Source: an uncultured archaeon (lineage in GTDB: Archaea; Thermoproteota; Bathyarchaeia; Bathyarchaeales; DTEX01). From it: DNA of 61,169 bases. Where the stretch lies: NCBI GenBank assembly GCA_938091805.1, contig CALKGV010000027.1, forward strand, positions 1-61,169, in the 5' to 3' direction. Below are positions 57,603-61,169 of the stretch, in pieces. The position numbers were made by a program, and so were the translations under genes. The number at the start of each line of letters is the position of its first letter. Within the stretch, counting starts at the first letter, position 1. The notes beneath the pieces are model-generated. The model was not told where the DNA came from. It did no database searches and saw only the letters and a list, made by a program, of their open reading frames with translations.

Positions 57603-58493
57603 ATGGTGGTTAAAGATTCTGAATCCTTAATTGAGGATGCTGCCCTATCGCTTATTAGGCTGGCGGCTGTTAGGTTGCCAACGGATGTTAAAGATGCTCT
57701 TCTAAGAGCCTATCGTGAGGAGAGGCATGAAATTGGCAGGCTGCAGCTCGGGAATATATTGGAAAATATAAGGTTGGCTGAAGAGATGAATTTGCCATTA
57801 TGTCAGGACACCGGCACAATTGTTTTCTATGTTAGGGCCGGGGTGAATTTTAGGGCTTTAAATAAGGTTGAACCCGCTCTGCTCAGGGCTGTGAGAAGGG
57901 CGACTTTAGAGGTGCCCCTGAGGCCGAACGCCGTGGATCCCTTCACTAATAAAAATTCCGGCGATAACACTGGAAGACACATTCCCTACATTAACTGGGA
58001 GATTTCAGATGGCAGCTCGCTTGAAATAACGGTTCTCCTTAAAGGCGGCGGATCTGAGAATGCATGTGCCCTTAGAATGATGGAGCCAAGCGAGGGCGTT
58101 GACGGCGTAAAAAAGTTTGTTGTTGAATGCGTCCTGAAAGCTGGCGGAATGCCATGCCCACCCACAATAGTGGGCGTTGGAGTTGGAGGAGGCGCCGATA
58201 TAGCGATGGCTCTTGCGAAAAGAGCTCTATTAAGACCCGTGGGTGAAGAGAATTTCAACGCAGATCTAGCGAAGATGGAAAAGGAACTCCGCGAAACCAT
58301 AAACGCAACTTGCATAGGTCCAATGGGTTTAGGCGGGGATACAACGGCCCTAGATGTGAAGATCGAGTACGCACATCGTCATCCAGCATCATATCCCGTA
58401 GCCGTGGCGTTCCAGTGTTGGGCGGCAAGAAAGGCGGCCGCGCGCATATACTCTAATGGTGAAATTGAGTATTTGACGCATAAGCCAGGATGA
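57603..58493 (+). CDS. class I (Fe-S) fumarate hydratase / tartrate dehydratase, alpha subunit
   Basis: CQDTGT, GGGSEN and the GVGVGG...GPMGLGG pattern. ATG 57603 is preferred to the ORF-track start at 57573. Confidence 0.85.
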   Translation: MVVKDSESLIEDAALSLIRLAAVRLPTDVKDALLRAYREERHEIGRLQLGNILENIRLAEEMNLPLCQDTGTIVFYVRAGVNFRALNKVEPALLRAVRRATLEVPLRPNAVDPFTNKNSGDNTGRHIPYINWEISDGSSLEITVLLKGGGSENACALRMMEPSEGVDGVKKFVVECVLKAGGMPCPPTIVGVGVGGGADIAMALAKRALLRPVGEENFNADLAKMEKELRETINATCIGPMGLGGDTTALDVKIEYAHRHPASYPVAVAFQCWAARKAAARIYSNGEIEYLTHKPG

Positions 58494-58545
58494 CTTGCGG
58501 GTGAAATAAGCGTTTCTCGCTGGGTGCTTAACATTTAAGGCTACA

Positions 58546-58584
58546 TGTGAAACGTGTGAAACATATGAAACGCGGCGTTTCACA
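58546..58584. promoter_or_regulatory. compound TGTGAAAC repeat (two direct copies, a half copy and an inverted copy)
   Basis: tgtgaaac (58546-58553), tgtgaaac (58555-58562), tgaaac (58566-58571) and gtttcaca (58577-58584). Confidence 0.4.
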
Positions 58585-58634
58585 GTATCCCTTATCTGGA
58601 GATTTTCCAATATTTTTCTGTGTGGCGATCGAAT

Positions 58635-58865
58635 ATGGAAAGCATCGTGTTTGCAATTTCCCTGGACGATAGCGCTGCTCAGAGAAGCCTTAATGAGGCT
58701 AGAGTTCTTCTTGAAGAGATACCGGAGCTTCTGGAGCGGGGTGATGTTTCGGGCGCTGCCCATAATCTTGCTGAGGCGAGTAGGCTTATGAATGAGGCAT
58801 TTAAGTCTTTAAAGTTTAGGGCTGAGGAGAAAAACGACGGGTCGGAGGAAGCATTAAGCCTATAA
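58635..58865 (+). CDS. small helical hypothetical protein
   Basis: A 76-aa ORF from ATG 58635 (GTG 58620 is also possible). It is Ala/Glu/Leu-rich. Confidence 0.35.
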   Translation: MESIVFAISLDDSAAQRSLNEARVLLEEIPELLERGDVSGAAHNLAEASRLMNEAFKSLKFRAEEKNDGSEEALSL

Positions 58866-59053
58866 TCTGCAAAGTAGCGTAAGAAGATGGATGACACTGA
58901 AGTATTCGCAGAGCATCTTAAATCATATCTCGATATGCGTTAGACCTATTTTTAATCTTTTATTCTCTCTTTTTCCTTTATGCTTCATCAGTTTTCAGCC
59001 TATAAATGTCATCATCATCGGAAGAAAGAATATATAGTATGTAATTTAAAAGA

Positions 59054-59947
59054 TTGTTGTTTGGTGAGATTTTGGGTAAGAAGGTTCGTTATGAGGAGCT
59101 TTTTCCACATGAGATTGAAGAGATAATTAGGGATAAACCTGTTGTTTACCTGCCCTTTGGAACATTGGAGTGGCACGGTTTACATTTGGCTTTAGGAAAC
59201 GATGCAATTAAAGCCTATGAGATATGTCTTCGTGTAGCCGAGAAGACCGGCGGGGTTGTGGCGCCGGCAACATACTGGGCGATCGGCGGCATGCCTCATC
59301 CGTGGACAACAAGGTTTGATGAGGTTCTCATAAGCGATCTTTTCTTCGCAATTTTTGAGCAGATGGAGCATGTAGGTTTTAAAGTAGCTATAGCGCTTAC
59401 TGGGCATTACGGTTTGGAACAAATGTATGCCCTAAAAAGGAGCGCATGCGACTTCATGTATAGAAGCAGTATGCTTGTGGCGCCTTTACCAGAATACGAA
59501 GTTGCATGCGAAAAAGGTTACCGCGGCGATCATGCAGCTAAGTGGGAGACATCGATTCTCTGGTCTCTCCGCCCGGAACTTGTAGACGTAAGTAAACTAG
59601 GTGTAAATTTGGAGGGGCCTCTGGAGGGCGTTATGGGTGAGGATCCGCGGGTCTATGCGTCGATGGAGATTGGGCGGGACATTGTTAATCACATCGTTGA
59701 CAGATTATCGGAGCTGACGTATAGGATGCTGAATAAAACCAGTCCCCTTGATAAATTAAAGTTCATTAGGGCATTGAACATTCAAGCCGATGTTCTGGCA
59801 GGAATAATGAATATGGGAAGTGAGGGATACGCAATTTTAGGAGGCAGAGAATACGAAACCTTCATTCAACATTTATGGATGGGCCGATATGACGAAGCAA
59901 TAAAAGAAGGTGAGGGGCTCATATTAAAACTTAAAACACCTAAGTAG
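59054..59947 (+). CDS. creatininase-family amidohydrolase
   Basis: LPFGTLEWHGLHLALGNDAI and TGHYG blocks. Confidence 0.75.
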   Translation: MLFGEILGKKVRYEELFPHEIEEIIRDKPVVYLPFGTLEWHGLHLALGNDAIKAYEICLRVAEKTGGVVAPATYWAIGGMPHPWTTRFDEVLISDLFFAIFEQMEHVGFKVAIALTGHYGLEQMYALKRSACDFMYRSSMLVAPLPEYEVACEKGYRGDHAAKWETSILWSLRPELVDVSKLGVNLEGPLEGVMGEDPRVYASMEIGRDIVNHIVDRLSELTYRMLNKTSPLDKLKFIRALNIQADVLAGIMNMGSEGYAILGGREYETFIQHLWMGRYDEAIKEGEGLILKLKTPK

Positions 59948-60342
59948 AGAGCTTAAATAGAAGTTTGGTTTACTGTAGAGTTGCTAAAAATAAATTTAGT
60001 TTAAAAACTTTGTTTACTGAAGAACTCATCTCAAAACTATTTAAGTCTTTCTTGACTATGTTTTGGTATGGAGTTTCTTGAGCTTTCTGATGGTGAGTGG
60101 GAGTTCAAGAAAGACTACAGTAGCATGGTAATGCTATTGGATGGCTTAGAGGATTTTCATAATCCCGCTTTGTAATTTACTTGCCACTAATATCTTCCCT
60201 GTTTGAAAGAAAAATAGGGAGTTATATTAAACTTTTTTCCTTCTAACAAATATAGAAAGTTAAAGGACAGAACATCCGTATAATCCTCTGAAGGTAAAGT
60301 TTATTTTACCGGAAGGGTTTTCTTGAACTGCTTACTGTTCCA

Positions 60343-60801
60343 CTACTGCTTCATAGTATTTGCAAAGTAGACGAAAAGCCAGCTTGCGGGCTTCCCATCA
60401 AAAGAAACCGTGCTTGGTCGACCCCAGTGTCCAGCGTAAACCTCGATCGAAGTGCTTCCACGCCCATTAAGCCTTATTTCAAGCTGCTTTCCAAGTATTC
60501 CTGGAACGTTCCGCCATACGATTAAAGTGATTGTAGCACCATATAGACTTTTTATGTGCACACCAGCTGTTGACTTAGCCATCGCCCACATCCATGACCG
60601 AAGACCAATATAGCATAGTGGTTGGGTTTCGATGTTCAAGTGGCCCGATATTGGATCAACCGCTACCGATAATCCTCTCTCCATGCTTCTAGTGATCTTC
60701 CAAATCAACGACACCACATGTAACGCTATTGGGTTATCCCATGAAGCGCCCCCCTCCATGAGGGCATACAGCATTTCACCGGAGCGGAAAACCTTAACCA
60801 T
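60343..60801 (-). CDS. hypothetical protein next to the transposase fragment
   Basis: A 152-aa ORF with no recognised motif. Confidence 0.35.
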   Translation of the reverse strand: MVKVFRSGEMLYALMEGGASWDNPIALHVVSLIWKITRSMERGLSVAVDPISGHLNIETQPLCYIGLRSWMWAMAKSTAGVHIKSLYGATITLIVWRNVPGILGKQLEIRLNGRGSTSIEVYAGHWGRPSTVSFDGKPASWLFVYFANTMKQ

Positions 60802-60864
60802 GAGCGAATGGGGAATAAACTGTTTCTGTCGGCTCTGTTACTTTAAGCTTATCGCCTCCTTGAG

Positions 60865-61169
60865 TTAGGTTATGAGTTTTAGGTATTCTGGTTGTTTGTG
60901 TAGGTTGAGGAGTTTGAGCCAGTTCTTGACATGGTTTAGGTTGCATCCGCGCCTTCTGCATGGATAGTTGTCGTCGAAGGCTTCAGTTCTGTCCTTAACA
61001 GCTTGGATGGCCCTCTCGATTAGGCTCCTATACTCGTCGTTGAGGAGCCTATGCTCCAGGTTTAGAGCCTTGCACGCTTCAGGGCACCATGATGCTCCAT
61101 CGATGTAGACTGGATGCCGCCCGTAACGCTTGATAAGCTGTCTTAGGAAGGTTTCGGCGGTCATGCTGC
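60865..61169 (-). mobile_element. DDE transposase gene, C-terminal part (N-terminus lies beyond the window edge)
   Basis: VYIDGASW...LNLEHRLL......LIERAIQAVKDRT resembles the second Asp, the Glu and the K/R region of IS6-like DDE transposases. Confidence 0.5.

Noticed and set aside
58389-58763. 124-aa minus-strand ORF spanning the fumarase 3' end and the repeat region.
   Set aside because: It overlaps a confident gene in antisense and crosses the non-coding repeat cluster. It has no start context or motif.
1-61169. Looked for CRISPR arrays, tRNA T-arm motifs (GGTTCGAATC-like) and rRNA segments.
   Set aside because: I found no regularly spaced direct repeats and no convincing tRNA or rRNA signatures by eye. 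A tRNAscan or cmscan run is still needed to be sure.

Overview
This is an archaeal chromosomal segment. It carries EF-1alpha, aIF2 alpha and gamma, Nop10, Gar1, SRP19, TFB, Alba, RadA, SMC-ScpAB, r-proteins S8e/S27e/L44e, archaeal Pth2 and an ESCRT-III/CdvB-like gene, which together suggest a TACK-type lineage. A speH-bpsA pair for branched polyamine synthesis suggests a thermophile. Many genes appear to start at TTG or GTG, preceded by GGTGA/GGAGG-type Shine-Dalgarno sequences. Most of the window is housekeeping: translation, the L44e-S27e-aIF2alpha-Nop10-PAC2 operon, S8e-SRP19-Gar1-TFB, smc-scpA-scpB, aspS, gatCA and radA. There are also sugar/oxidoreductase genes, two ABC systems and two nitroreductases. 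I saw no rRNA, tRNA or CRISPR array by eye.

The most interesting region is 38.7-44.7 kb. It contains an AT-rich island holding an unannotated 40-codon hyper-acidic Trp-punctuated micro-ORF, which is too short for the ORF track. The island also holds an orphan 249-aa protein and a decayed IS200/IS605 tnpB element with both terminal hairpins. Next to the island lies a cluster of a KamA-like radical-SAM aminomutase, two convergent Ddl-like ATP-grasp ligase paralogs and a GNAT. I propose this cluster as a candidate uncharacterised beta-amino-acid ligation system.

Other notable items:
- a roughly 370-nt GC-rich ORF-free island at 11.5-11.85 kb that is probably a structured RNA gene
- an ABC exporter with an N-terminal extension, coupled to a DUF1854-like gene
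- an orphan CooC-CooT nickel chaperone pair
- a LarA-like protein that seems to lack the cofactor-tethering residues
- mobile-element scars at both window edges

All functional calls rest on motif recognition by eye. No searches were run.
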